64,000 nucleotides of DNA from Pedosphaera sp. (GCA_009695195.1 SIBJ01000006.1:9587-73586); one strand, 5' to 3'. Shown: positions 21,053 to 29,836, counted from the first letter of the stretch. The notes: generated from the letters alone by a model not told the origin. Numbers and translations: made by a program.

Positions 21053-21676
21053 TCACAGCCGCTTTCCCATGTAGATGCAACCGTCTTTGCCTTCGCCGAC
21101 GCGCAACAATTCTTTGAAGCCCAGCTTCAGATAAAAGCTGAAGGCCGGCTTGTTCATCAAGCTCACGCCGAGATGCGCGCCGGGCGAGCCGCGCTGGCGG
21201 AGCTTGTCCATGACCGTCTCCATCATGCGCCGACCGAAGCCGCGTCCCTGCGCGCGCTCCAACAGATCAATGTGCAGGTGCGACGGATACTCCGCATACG
21301 GCTCGGGCATCGTGTAGTCCGCGTTGTGATACCACGAATGAACCATCTGTGAACGTGTCCACGTGGCGGGGTCGCCCGCCGGCATCGGGAACTGCGCGCA
21401 CAATTTCGGCCGCCATTCGTTTTCGTAACGGGCGTAGAACGCCTTCGAATCGTGCGAACCGAACGCGTAGCCGCAAATGCCATCATGATCCTCCAGAATC
21501 AGGCTCAGTTCCGGTTCGTAAGCGAGATACGGCCCGACGAAAATCCGGCCCAGCGCATCCGGGTCATCGCGATAGAATGGTTCGCCGTCCTTGCCGAAGT
21601 CACCGGTTTTCAAACAGACGTAGTAAGCGCCGGCTTGATCTTCGGGCCGCGCGGGTCGAATGAGGCAGTCGTTCAT
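21053..21676 (-). CDS. GNAT N-acetyltransferase resembling the C-terminal pseudo-HAT domain of animal O-GlcNAcase
   Basis: IRPARPED, LEDHDGICGYAFG, YPSHLHIDLL, QGRGFG acetyl-CoA motif A, GSPGAHLGV..N..A..FYLKLGF. Confidence 0.9.
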   Translation of the reverse strand: MNDCLIRPARPEDQAGAYYVCLKTGDFGKDGEPFYRDDPDALGRIFVGPYLAYEPELSLILEDHDGICGYAFGSHDSKAFYARYENEWRPKLCAQFPMPAGDPATWTRSQMVHSWYHNADYTMPEPYAEYPSHLHIDLLERAQGRGFGRRMMETVMDKLRQRGSPGAHLGVSLMNKPAFSFYLKLGFKELLRVGEGKDGCIYMGKRL

Positions 21677-21705
21677 GAGGCGTTGGGGCGGGGCATGATT
21701 GAAAT

Positions 21706-22293
21706 TTATTCTCTTTCCGGGTTGAAGCCGATGCGGCGTTTGGGCGGTTGAGGCGGGGGCGCGAGGAGCGGCTGGAGCTTCGCCCAGATGGAGCGCAACG
21801 CCGAATCATGTTCGAGGAGCGTCTTGTCAATTTCGGCGAGGCGTTTGAGGATGGCGGCGTTGGCGGCCAGTTGCTCGCGCATCTGCACGAAGGCCCGCAC
21901 CACGAACACGCTCATGGCCACGGCCTCGGGACTGTTCAAAATGGTTGCGGCCATGATCGCGCCGTGCTCGGTGAAGGCAGTTGGCCGGTAGGCCGCGCCG
22001 CGATGTCGTTTGGAACTGGTCGCAAATTGCGACCAGTTCGGCACAATGCCTTCTGTTTGTGGTTTTTCCAAACTTGAAGTCGCAATCTGCGACTTCAAGC
22101 TGCTCCACTCCTGCGCGGTCAGTTGGAAAATGAAATCTTGCGGAAAACGGTCGGCGTTGCGCTTCACCTGTTCGTTGAGCCGTTTCGTCGGCACGTCATA
22201 AAGCTCCGCCAGATCCGCATCCAGAATCACCTTCTGGCCGCGTAGATTGAGGATCAGGGATTCAATGGGCTTCTTGGGCTTCATAATCTTCAT
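21706..22293 (-). CDS. ORF6N domain DNA-binding protein
   Basis: LRGQKVILDADLAELYDVPTKRLNEQVKRNADRFP.DF.FQLT, AFTEHGAIMAATILNS, C-terminal RRIGF; ATG overlaps upstream stop. Confidence 0.9.
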   Translation of the reverse strand: MKIMKPKKPIESLILNLRGQKVILDADLAELYDVPTKRLNEQVKRNADRFPQDFIFQLTAQEWSSLKSQIATSSLEKPQTEGIVPNWSQFATSSKRHRGAAYRPTAFTEHGAIMAATILNSPEAVAMSVFVVRAFVQMREQLAANAAILKRLAEIDKTLLEHDSALRSIWAKLQPLLAPPPQPPKRRIGFNPERE

Positions 22294-22487
22294 GGATGAA
22301 GAAACCCGATGGCACGCACCGGGCGACATTCCCGTTCCGCCGCCTGCCAGTCGAGGTCATCCAAAATGTCCTCCGGCATTGGCGAGCGCGAGCCGAGCAG
22401 CCGTCGCAATGCCCGCTTGTGTTCGTAGCAGCGCCAGACGGCCTCGTCTTCGTTGAACCGGCGCACGAGTTCCTGGGTTTCAGTCAT
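22290..22487 (-). CDS. small hypothetical protein (65 aa)
   Basis: ATG 3 nt after the GH84 stop; its own stop overlaps the ORF6N start (ATGA). Confidence 0.6.
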   Translation of the reverse strand: MTETQELVRRFNEDEAVWRCYEHKRALRRLLGSRSPMPEDILDDLDWQAAERECRPVRAIGFLHP

Positions 22488-22490
22488 GGT

Positions 22491-23849
22491 TCATCTTCGA
22501 TATTCGGTGAAGCTCCCGTCGGGTTGCTGCGGGAAAAGTCTTTGCAGTCGCGCCACCAGTCCGCCGCGATATGTGCCGGGCAAATGAAAATCCGACGTGA
22601 ACGAGGCGTGATGATTCGCGGGTTGGGATTTGAACGCGACGAATTTTTCCAGGAGATCCAGTTCTTCGCGCAGTTCCCAGACGCGCCGGCTCAAGGCGTA
22701 GAACAACGGGCGCTCACGCAGCTCGGTCATCCGCGCGCAGAAGTCGCGCAACCGAGCGGCTTGCTGCCGAAACGCCGCCGCGCGCTCGCCCCATTGCGCA
22801 GGATGCGTGCTCAACAACGCTTGGATGTTTTCAAATAGCGCCTGCGCTTCCGGACCTTCCTCGTGCGGCAGGTAAAAGCAATCGCCGAAACCGATCAGGT
22901 CTTCGAGCGTCACCGGTTGACCGACGGTTGCGAAGTGCGGCAACCATTCGCGCATCGCCGACAAGTACGCGTTGCGGGCGTCCCACGTTCCCGTGCCACA
23001 GACGAACCCGGCCAGCGTGCGCAGCGGAACAAAGTTCAACGGGAATTCGTTGTTCGGGTTGACAAGCAATCCGCTCACTTCGTTGCGCAACTCCGGCGCG
23101 CGCCCCGCGTATGGGCCGCAGTAAAAGCGACGACCGTCGTAGTCGTTGGCGTGGAGATTGTCCCAGAGGAGCGGTTTCCGGCGGAGAACTTTTTGCAACT
23201 CCTGAATGTGCGCGACCGGAATCTCGCGCGAAATTATTTCCGGCCCGGTCCAGAATATCTCGATCTCCGGCGACAACTCGCGGCCAACCGTCGCGAGGTA
23301 GCCTTCGCCGCCGTAATTTCTTTCCGCCATGCGGCCGCAGTACGGCGTGGGGCAAAAAAGAAAGCGCGCCGCGGGTGAACGTTCGCGCGTCCAGCGGAAC
23401 ATCTCGTTCGTGACGTGACATTGCGCCGCCGCGAACGAATCCCAGCGCTTCGCGTCCGCAACGTCCATCCGGTCGGGGATGTCATCGAACAGCAGCGCGA
23501 AATTTTCACAGCCCAGCGCGAGCATTTGCGCGAAGCGTTTGCGCAGGAGTTCCAGTTCAACCTCGCTGCCGTAGCGGATATCCAGCCCGGGACTGAGCGC
23601 GTAGATGAAACGAAGGTGGCGCAGTTTGCCGGCGCGGATCAGTTCGCGCAGGGTCGCCGCCTCGCCTTCGGAATACAACTCCCGCCAGAGGGCGCGATGT
23701 TTCAGGTCATCCTTTGGCGCGTAAAGATAAGTGTTCAGCCCCCAAGCCGCCATCCAATCGAACAACTCCAATCGTTCCGCCGGCGACCACGGCGGGCCGT
23801 AGAAGCCTTCGATGACGCCTGACAAAAAATCCGTTGGCTGTGTTGACAT
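22491..23849 (-). CDS. GH84 beta-N-acetylglucosaminidase (O-GlcNAcase-like), cytoplasmic
   Basis: GVIEGFYG.PW, YLYAPKDD, ALSPGLD, LLFDDI catalytic Asp-Asp, FCPTPYC, WTG, WDNLHANDYD; no signal peptide. Confidence 0.93.
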   Translation of the reverse strand: MSTQPTDFLSGVIEGFYGPPWSPAERLELFDWMAAWGLNTYLYAPKDDLKHRALWRELYSEGEAATLRELIRAGKLRHLRFIYALSPGLDIRYGSEVELELLRKRFAQMLALGCENFALLFDDIPDRMDVADAKRWDSFAAAQCHVTNEMFRWTRERSPAARFLFCPTPYCGRMAERNYGGEGYLATVGRELSPEIEIFWTGPEIISREIPVAHIQELQKVLRRKPLLWDNLHANDYDGRRFYCGPYAGRAPELRNEVSGLLVNPNNEFPLNFVPLRTLAGFVCGTGTWDARNAYLSAMREWLPHFATVGQPVTLEDLIGFGDCFYLPHEEGPEAQALFENIQALLSTHPAQWGERAAAFRQQAARLRDFCARMTELRERPLFYALSRRVWELREELDLLEKFVAFKSQPANHHASFTSDFHLPGTYRGGLVARLQRLFPQQPDGSFTEYRR

Positions 23850-23872
23850 GGGTTGCCCGTTCGGACGCGCAC

Positions 23873-23902
23873 AGATTACGCGGGGACTCGGGTTCGCGGC
23901 AA
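23873..23902 (-). promoter_or_regulatory. candidate sigma70 promoter of the GH84 operon
   Basis: Minus strand TTGCCG-N18-TAATCT, 23 nt upstream of the GH84 ATG. Confidence 0.4.
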
Positions 23903-23931
23903 GGCTGCGCGCGGGGCAACCGGTCAGGTTT

Positions 23932-25230
23932 TTATTTTACGATGCGGAACAAGCGGCCATCGCCCGGCGCGAGCTTGATCGGCGTCGTGCGTTTCGCGCC
24001 GAGTGACTGGCCGCGCGACCATTTGCCGGTTTTGCGATCGAGTTCCTGCAGCTTGCGGCCCGGCATCAAGACGCGCACGCTCGCCGTCACTTCGCGTTGG
24101 TAATTCCGGTTGACGATGAGGAACGCCGTCGGTTTCGCGTCGCGACCGAACAGGCCGATGACGAATTCCCCATCGTCGGCAATCTGCACGGGGCAGTTCG
24201 TGGGCACGGCTTCCGCGCCGTAGGGCAGGGGCGCCGTGTGATGGACGCCCAGCGCCTCCAATTCCATGAGCGCCGCGCCGAACTTCGCGATTTCCTGGTT
24301 GAGCGCCGCCACGGCGGTGAGGAGCGGCATCGGTTTGCCGTCCACGTAAAGACCGTTGTACGCCGGCGGCCCCCAATAGGTGAAATAGCTGAGGCCGCGT
24401 CCGCCGTAAGCCAGCGTGGTGAAAACGAGCCAGCGCATTTCGGCGGCGTTCGGCAGTCGCCAGCTTTTCTCGATGGTGTCCGCTTGAATGATGTTCAGGA
24501 AAGGTTTCTTCGCCTCCAGCGCGGCCAGGCGGATCAGGGCGAGATTGAGGAAATATTGTTTGCCGTCATTTGGCGTTCCGTCCGGCTTGAGTTTCAGAAA
24601 GTGGTAGTGGTCGTAGCTGATCAAATCCGGTTTGACGATCTCCACGAACTGCTTGAGGTGCTCGCGATAGCGCAGCACCGTTTGGTCGCTCGTGTCCACG
24701 CCGGCGAAATCGGTGGGATAACCAACCCTGGCGCGGTCGGCCTCACTGGCGCTCACGCCGAGCTGTTGCTCGTTCGCGTAAGTCGGAAACAGATTGATGT
24801 AGGCGAGGTGCGCGGGATCACGCGCGCGCAGGTGCGCGACCAGTTTGCCGAGACCGGGAAAGGCGCCCGCGCCCGGCTCGTCGGTGAGGAAGTAGGCTTC
24901 CATTGCCGGATGGTTCTTCACGCGGTCAATGAGCGCATCCAGTTCCGCGCGCTGCGCCGCGTCGTCGAGCGTTTCGGGTTTCAACAACGGGCTCTGCAAC
25001 ATCACGCGCAGGCCGTGGCGGGCCGCCGCGTCCAGTCCGTCGGCGGGCGTCCACGTCAGATTGAAACCTTCGCGCGCAACCCGCGCGAGGTTTTCATCTG
25101 TCGCCGGCGGTGGACACCAGAACGTGATAAGGAATTGTTTCTGCGTCCAATGCGCGGCGACCGGCGGTATGGCCCGGGCAGTAACGCACGCATTTCCCAA
25201 CATCAGGACCGCGAGCAACCAGTTTTTCAT
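23932..25230 (-). CDS. secreted hypothetical protein, probable glycoside hydrolase TIM barrel
   Basis: Signal peptide MKNWLLAVLMLG; YFLTDEP, YINLFP, SYDHY, LAYGGRGLSYFTYW pattern typical of GH-A-like barrels. Confidence 0.7.
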   Translation of the reverse strand: MKNWLLAVLMLGNACVTARAIPPVAAHWTQKQFLITFWCPPPATDENLARVAREGFNLTWTPADGLDAAARHGLRVMLQSPLLKPETLDDAAQRAELDALIDRVKNHPAMEAYFLTDEPGAGAFPGLGKLVAHLRARDPAHLAYINLFPTYANEQQLGVSASEADRARVGYPTDFAGVDTSDQTVLRYREHLKQFVEIVKPDLISYDHYHFLKLKPDGTPNDGKQYFLNLALIRLAALEAKKPFLNIIQADTIEKSWRLPNAAEMRWLVFTTLAYGGRGLSYFTYWGPPAYNGLYVDGKPMPLLTAVAALNQEIAKFGAALMELEALGVHHTAPLPYGAEAVPTNCPVQIADDGEFVIGLFGRDAKPTAFLIVNRNYQREVTASVRVLMPGRKLQELDRKTGKWSRGQSLGAKRTTPIKLAPGDGRLFRIVK

Positions 25231-25267
25231 AAATGGAGTGGGGCGATTATTTTTTCGCACACTGCCC

Positions 25268-25370
25268 CGGCGCGCGGCACTCCGGGCCGCAGCGATTTGA
25301 TGAAAGGCCGCCGTTGGTTTGCTTGGTTTCAACAGTTTGTGGGTGCTGCGGCCCGGAGTGCCGCGCGCCG
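25268..25370. repeat. REP doublet (family D), intergenic copy
   Basis: 26-bp arms cggcgcgcggcactccgggccgcagc / gctgcggcccggagtgccgcgcgccg; same arms at 52808-52875. Confidence 0.85.
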
Positions 25371-25375
25371 ATGTT

Positions 25376-26599
25376 TCAGTAGCGCCGCGTCGAATCCGAT
25401 TTCAAGCCGATGTTCTGCTCGTAGTTCCCCATCTTGATGCCGCTGGTCTTCGTTTGCGATTTGAATTCGAGCTTCAAATGCGAGAGCCGCGTGCGCGCCA
25501 CCTGCGCCGCCGGCGTGTTTGGGTACAGCTTGAGAATCCGATTCAGCGTGCGCTCCACGGTGTTCTGATCCGCGCCGTGGCGCACCTGCAAATCCGCCAG
25601 CAGATTCAGCCAGCGGACGATCTGCTTCGCCGGCTGGCCTTCGGCGGCGATCATCTGCTCCAACTGATCTCTGGCGAGGTCGAGCCGGTGGTAATGGTCC
25701 GCGTAAATCAGCGTCAGCTTTTCGCGCACTTCAAAATCCAGCGGGAACTCCACCAGTTGTTTCACATAATCCGCGGCGATCCCGTCGGTGTCGGCCTCGG
25801 CGAGGTCCTGGAATCCCTTGCGCTCGCGCAGGCCGAGATTCTGAATGCCTTCGCGCACGAAGTATTTCTGCGGGTCGTGCGACGCGAGCAAGGTCTCCCG
25901 GCTCGCCAGGTGGGCGATGCGCTGCTCGGCGGACGCGGCTTGTTCCGTTCCCGGACAAAGCTCGATGATTTTTTCCAGGTCTGCCCGTGCGGCCTCGCGG
26001 TCGAGCGTGTATTTCAAATGCCAGGCGGAAAGCGTGCCGAGCGCGTGGGCGAGGTTGATGGGCGCGTGACCGCGCTGTTCGCACAGGCGCTGGATGGTGA
26101 GTTCCGCGCCGGGCAGGTCGTCGAGGTTTTGCGCCTGGATTTCGGCGAGCATCATCTGGCCGTTGAAGTCGTTCGGGAATTGTTCGAGTTGTTTGCGGAT
26201 TTCCGCCACGGCTTCAAGGTAACGGCCAAGTTTGCGCTTCCCTTCCGCCACCGAGTAATACGGCTGCGGCTCGGGCGGCACGTTGCCGCCGGTGAACAAC
26301 GCCTCGATGGGCCGGGAGACAGCGTCGGCGATTTCGTGCCGCCACAGCGCCGTCATCGCGAGAGCGCAGATCAGGACCACGACCAGATCGCCCATGTCGA
26401 AGGGCTGATTGATGTTCCGCTTTAGCAACCAAACGGCCGCGCCAATGATCCCGGCGGAGATCGCGAGTTTGAAAATGAATCGGCCCGGGTCCTCGCTCCG
26501 GCGGAGCAGCGCCCAGAGCAGGCCGGCGAAGAACAACACGAGAAAAACCACCGCGAACGCGTCCACAAGTCCGCGATAAATTTGAACCAATGGATGCAT
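25376..26599 (-). CDS. membrane-anchored tetratricopeptide repeat protein
   Basis: Three N-terminal TM helices followed by helical repeats (GRYLEAVAEIRKQLEQFP; ARADLEKIIELCPGT; LNRILKLYPNTPAA). Confidence 0.7.
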   Translation of the reverse strand: MHPLVQIYRGLVDAFAVVFLVLFFAGLLWALLRRSEDPGRFIFKLAISAGIIGAAVWLLKRNINQPFDMGDLVVVLICALAMTALWRHEIADAVSRPIEALFTGGNVPPEPQPYYSVAEGKRKLGRYLEAVAEIRKQLEQFPNDFNGQMMLAEIQAQNLDDLPGAELTIQRLCEQRGHAPINLAHALGTLSAWHLKYTLDREAARADLEKIIELCPGTEQAASAEQRIAHLASRETLLASHDPQKYFVREGIQNLGLRERKGFQDLAEADTDGIAADYVKQLVEFPLDFEVREKLTLIYADHYHRLDLARDQLEQMIAAEGQPAKQIVRWLNLLADLQVRHGADQNTVERTLNRILKLYPNTPAAQVARTRLSHLKLEFKSQTKTSGIKMGNYEQNIGLKSDSTRRY

Positions 26600-26705
26600 C
26601 GTGTCGCAACGTCCGTCCGCCAGCGCGCGACGGCAAGTTAATTCCGGCCACCGTCGCCTGAATCATTGGACACCGCACGGCGCGGCTCCGCACGCGGCTT
26701 TCGCG

Positions 26706-27164
26706 TCACGGCGCGAGCCAGGCGAACGCGGGCAAATTACGCAGCACGGTGAAGACTGCCGCGATGGCGAGCGCCAGCCACACCAAGCGGAATGACCGGA
26801 CTGGCTTTGCCGCCGGCACGGCCCCGCGGCCAAGAACTTTTTGCGCCGCCCACATCGCGAGCACGGGCAGCGACAGCACGAACAGCGCGTTGAACTGCAA
26901 CGCTGTCAGCACGTGGCCGTGGAAGAGTTGATGCGCCGAGCGCAATCCGCCGCAGCCCGGGCAAAAAAGCCCGGTCAACTCGAAAAGAAAACAGCGCGGG
27001 TAAAATCCGTGCTGTGCCGGGTTGAAGAAAAACACCAGCGCGCACGTGCCGAGCGCCATGAGCACACCCATCGTCAACCACGGCCGTAGATTGGAACGGC
27101 CCGGGCCCGGTGATTGCGGGATGACGGGCGGCTGCAATCGGATTGTTTCCGTCGCGCTGTTCAC
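26706..27164 (-). CDS. DUF2752 domain membrane protein
   Basis: YPRCFLFELTGLFCPGCGGLRSAHQLFHG..ALQFNAL signature, VLRNLP end; GTG start inferred. Confidence 0.85.
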   Translation of the reverse strand: MNSATETIRLQPPVIPQSPGPGRSNLRPWLTMGVLMALGTCALVFFFNPAQHGFYPRCFLFELTGLFCPGCGGLRSAHQLFHGHVLTALQFNALFVLSLPVLAMWAAQKVLGRGAVPAAKPVRSFRLVWLALAIAAVFTVLRNLPAFAWLAP

Positions 27165-27169
27165 GTCGC

Positions 27170-27775
27170 TCAGTGGAATTGTGATTTCACTTCCGCCTTC
27201 GACAGGATCACAATGGCCCAGATGCCGATCGGTAAACCGATGAAGCAACACGGGAACGTGCAGGGAATCATGGCGATGATCGCCGCCGTCATGCACAAGC
27301 CGTAGCTTTTCAATTGCCGCATCTTGATGCCGCCGAACAGGACCACCAACCCGAGGACGAGCGTCAGCACCCCGATCGCCAGATTGATGGGGCCGGCAAT
27401 CGCGAAGATGCGATCTAACTCCGGATTTCCCGAGCGTTGAGCGGCCGCGAAACCAAAACCCACGATCGTACTAAGAAACCGGAAGCACGCCAGCAGCAGA
27501 TACAATGATCCGGCGACGATCAAGGCGATGCCCGGCCCGTTGGTCTGGCCGGTGGCGGGCGTTACGCCGGTCGAGAACGACGACGGTGCAGCCGCGACCT
27601 CCGCGGGGATGGCGGCGGCCAGTTCGGGGATTTCGCCGAGCGCCTTCCATTCGGTCGCGCCTTCGGGGAGGACTTTGGTTTGCGCGTTGATGCGGCCCTC
27701 GGCGAGCCATTTCTTCAAAACGTCCGCCGCGTGCGGGCCGTATTCCTTGCCGTCGGCGCCAATGATTTTATACAT
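27170..27775 (-). CDS. GYF_2 (DUF4339) domain membrane protein
   Basis: MYKIIGADGKEYGP...W..EGR...T.V..EGATEWK, then TM helices with PCTFPCC. Confidence 0.85.
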   Translation of the reverse strand: MYKIIGADGKEYGPHAADVLKKWLAEGRINAQTKVLPEGATEWKALGEIPELAAAIPAEVAAAPSSFSTGVTPATGQTNGPGIALIVAGSLYLLLACFRFLSTIVGFGFAAAQRSGNPELDRIFAIAGPINLAIGVLTLVLGLVVLFGGIKMRQLKSYGLCMTAAIIAMIPCTFPCCFIGLPIGIWAIVILSKAEVKSQFH

Positions 27776-27814
27776 GGGATTTTAAGTTCAGGTCGGTTGA
27801 GTTGCGGAATTGAT

Positions 27815-28315
27815 TCAAAGTTTATTGACGTCGCGCATGATGTCACTAAAGGAAAGCGTGAAAAATAAAACGAACAGCCCCACCGCGAGCAAGATGCTGA
27901 GAATGGAAAGCACCAGCCCCGCAATGGCCATTCCCCGGCCGGTGTACGCCTGCGGATTGTTTTTGATCTGTGAGAGGCCGATGCAAGAGAAAATAATTCC
28001 CGGCACGCTGAACGGCAGTCCGTAGCAGCAACAGAGGCCGACCGAAATGGAAACCAATCCCAGGATCATCCCCGTCAGCGCCATGGGATTCGTGCGAGTA
28101 CCCAATGCGGCCTGGTAGGCAGCGAGAGTGGCGGGCGGTGGGGCCGCCAGTGCCGCAGCCAGTTCGGGAATCGCCGCCACGTCTTTCCATTCGGGCGCGC
28201 CTTCGGGCAGAACTTTTGTTAGCCCATTGACGCGTCCCTCGCCGACCCATTTCATCAGAACATCCGTGGCGACGGGGCCGTATTCTTTGCCGTCTGCTCC
28301 GATGATTTTGTACAT
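27815..28315 (-). CDS. GYF_2 + DUF4190 membrane protein
   Basis: Same N-terminal domain; TNPMALTGMILG...CCYG...GLSQIK...GRGMAIAGLVLS DUF4190 signature. Confidence 0.87.
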   Translation of the reverse strand: MYKIIGADGKEYGPVATDVLMKWVGEGRVNGLTKVLPEGAPEWKDVAAIPELAAALAAPPPATLAAYQAALGTRTNPMALTGMILGLVSISVGLCCCYGLPFSVPGIIFSCIGLSQIKNNPQAYTGRGMAIAGLVLSILSILLAVGLFVLFFTLSFSDIMRDVNKL

Positions 28316-28327
28316 GGTGTGCGGAGG

Positions 28328-28813
28328 TTAATGTGTTCTCAACGCCGCGATGACGCCCAACAGCACCAGCGCGAGCCAGCCGAAGCCGCAGATTCCGCCG
28401 AGAATGATTCCGATCCACGCGTGAACGACGCCGCCCGCGGTCGGATGTTGCCGGCGATAACGCAAACCCAAAATCCCCAGCACGAATCCCGCCAGTCCCA
28501 GCGGAATCCCAACGAACGGAATCAAGGAAAAGACGCCGAGATAGTACGCGACGAGCGCGCGGACATTTTTGTACGGGATGATGACGTTCAAGCCGTCATT
28601 TCCCGCCGGCGCCGAAGTGCCAACGACCGGCGGCGGCGCGGCGGCGAGGTCCGCGCGAAATTCCGGCAACTGGTCGAAGCGTTTCCAGTCCGTCGCGCCT
28701 TCCGCCCGCACCTGCGTCTGCCCACTCACGCGCCCCTGCGCTAACCAGCCGCGCAACACGTCCGCCGCGACCGGGCCGTATTCTTTTCCGTCAGTGCCGA
28801 TGATTTTGTACAT
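28328..28813 (-). CDS. GYF_2 + DUF4190-like membrane protein
   Basis: MYKIIGTDGKEYGP; IPYKN..ALVAYYLG...GVVHAWIGIILG. Confidence 0.85.
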   Translation of the reverse strand: MYKIIGTDGKEYGPVAADVLRGWLAQGRVSGQTQVRAEGATDWKRFDQLPEFRADLAAAPPPVVGTSAPAGNDGLNVIIPYKNVRALVAYYLGVFSLIPFVGIPLGLAGFVLGILGLRYRRQHPTAGGVVHAWIGIILGGICGFGWLALVLLGVIAALRTH

Positions 28814-28833
28814 GGCTGGGTTGGAGGCCGGCG

Positions 28834-29694
28834 TCAGGGTTCCCATTTCAGTTGTAGCAAGCGCGAGGGCAAAACCATTTCCACATGTCCGTCGGCAAAG
28901 GCGACCACGAACGATTTGCCGTGACGCGAGTTGGTCAACATCGCCTCGCGACCGCCGGAAACATTCCAGCCGCCGTCCGTTTCAAAAAGCACCACGGTCG
29001 CGGAGGGGTTTGGAATGTTCGTCACGGCCACGTGGTTGAGGTTCACGTTGAACGCGAAGTGGCTGCCGAAGCTGTCGTTGCCTTGCGGACACTGAAACGC
29101 CTGCGTCCCGCCGACGTACTTTTGGATGTCCGCGCACCAGTTCGTCGCGGTGGGCATCACTTCGTTGTTGTCCGAGGCGTACATGATCACGCCTAGCGCG
29201 AGTTGTTTCGCGTTGTTGACGCAGTGGATCGTTTGCGCCCGTTGTTTCGCCTTGGACAGCGCGGGCAACAACATCGCGGCCGGGATCGCGAAGATGCCGA
29301 TCAAAATGAAGATCAACGAAAGCACGATGCCCGCGGTGGCCATGCCCGAACCGGTCAGCCGCCCGTTGCTCCGGCGGATGCGCGCGTGTGCGAGAAAGCC
29401 CAGCACGAGGCCGACGACCGCGGCGATGCAGGTGAAACCCAGCGCGCCGCAAACCAGCGCGCCCGTCGCCAACCCGCAGGTTTTCGTCGGGCCGGTGTGG
29501 GCCGGGGCCGCGCCGGGCAGCGGTGGGAAGGATTCGTCGAACTCCGGCAGCGCGCCGATGACTTTCCAATCGTTGGAATTCTCCGGCTTGATGCGCGAGG
29601 TGCGGTTCAGCCGGCCTTCGCGGAGCCATTGGCGGATCTGGTCCGCGGAAATGGGACCGTATTCTTTGTCGTCCGAACCGATGATGCGATACAC
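28834..29694 (-). CDS. GYF_2-DUF4190-pseudopilin (DUF1559 / H-X9-DG) fusion protein
   Basis: GTG start VYRIIGSDDKEYGP; DUF4190 helices; [41 protein letters not shown]. Confidence 0.85.
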   Translation of the reverse strand: MYRIIGSDDKEYGPISADQIRQWLREGRLNRTSRIKPENSNDWKVIGALPEFDESFPPLPGAAPAHTGPTKTCGLATGALVCGALGFTCIAAVVGLVLGFLAHARIRRSNGRLTGSGMATAGIVLSLIFILIGIFAIPAAMLLPALSKAKQRAQTIHCVNNAKQLALGVIMYASDNNEVMPTATNWCADIQKYVGGTQAFQCPQGNDSFGSHFAFNVNLNHVAVTNIPNPSATVVLFETDGGWNVSGGREAMLTNSRHGKSFVVAFADGHVEMVLPSRLLQLKWEP

Positions 29695-29836
29695 GAAACG
29701 CCTTTCGTTGGTTTGCGTGCCGGCCCGCGCGACCTCCGGCCTGGTTGCGGCTCCAGTAAGCGGGACAAAACCCCGCGCGTCAAGCATCGGTCAAGGCGTG
29801 GAATTGGATTGGAAGTGGCGGTCAATTGAGTCCGGG

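Noticed and set aside
21706..22293. Prophage, suggested by ORF6N
   Set aside because: No integrase, structural or replication genes
27170..29694. GYF_2 5' repeats as shufflon or DGR cassettes
   Set aside because: Differences are mostly synonymous, all copies are co-oriented, and no recombinase or RT is nearby; ordinary paralogy fits
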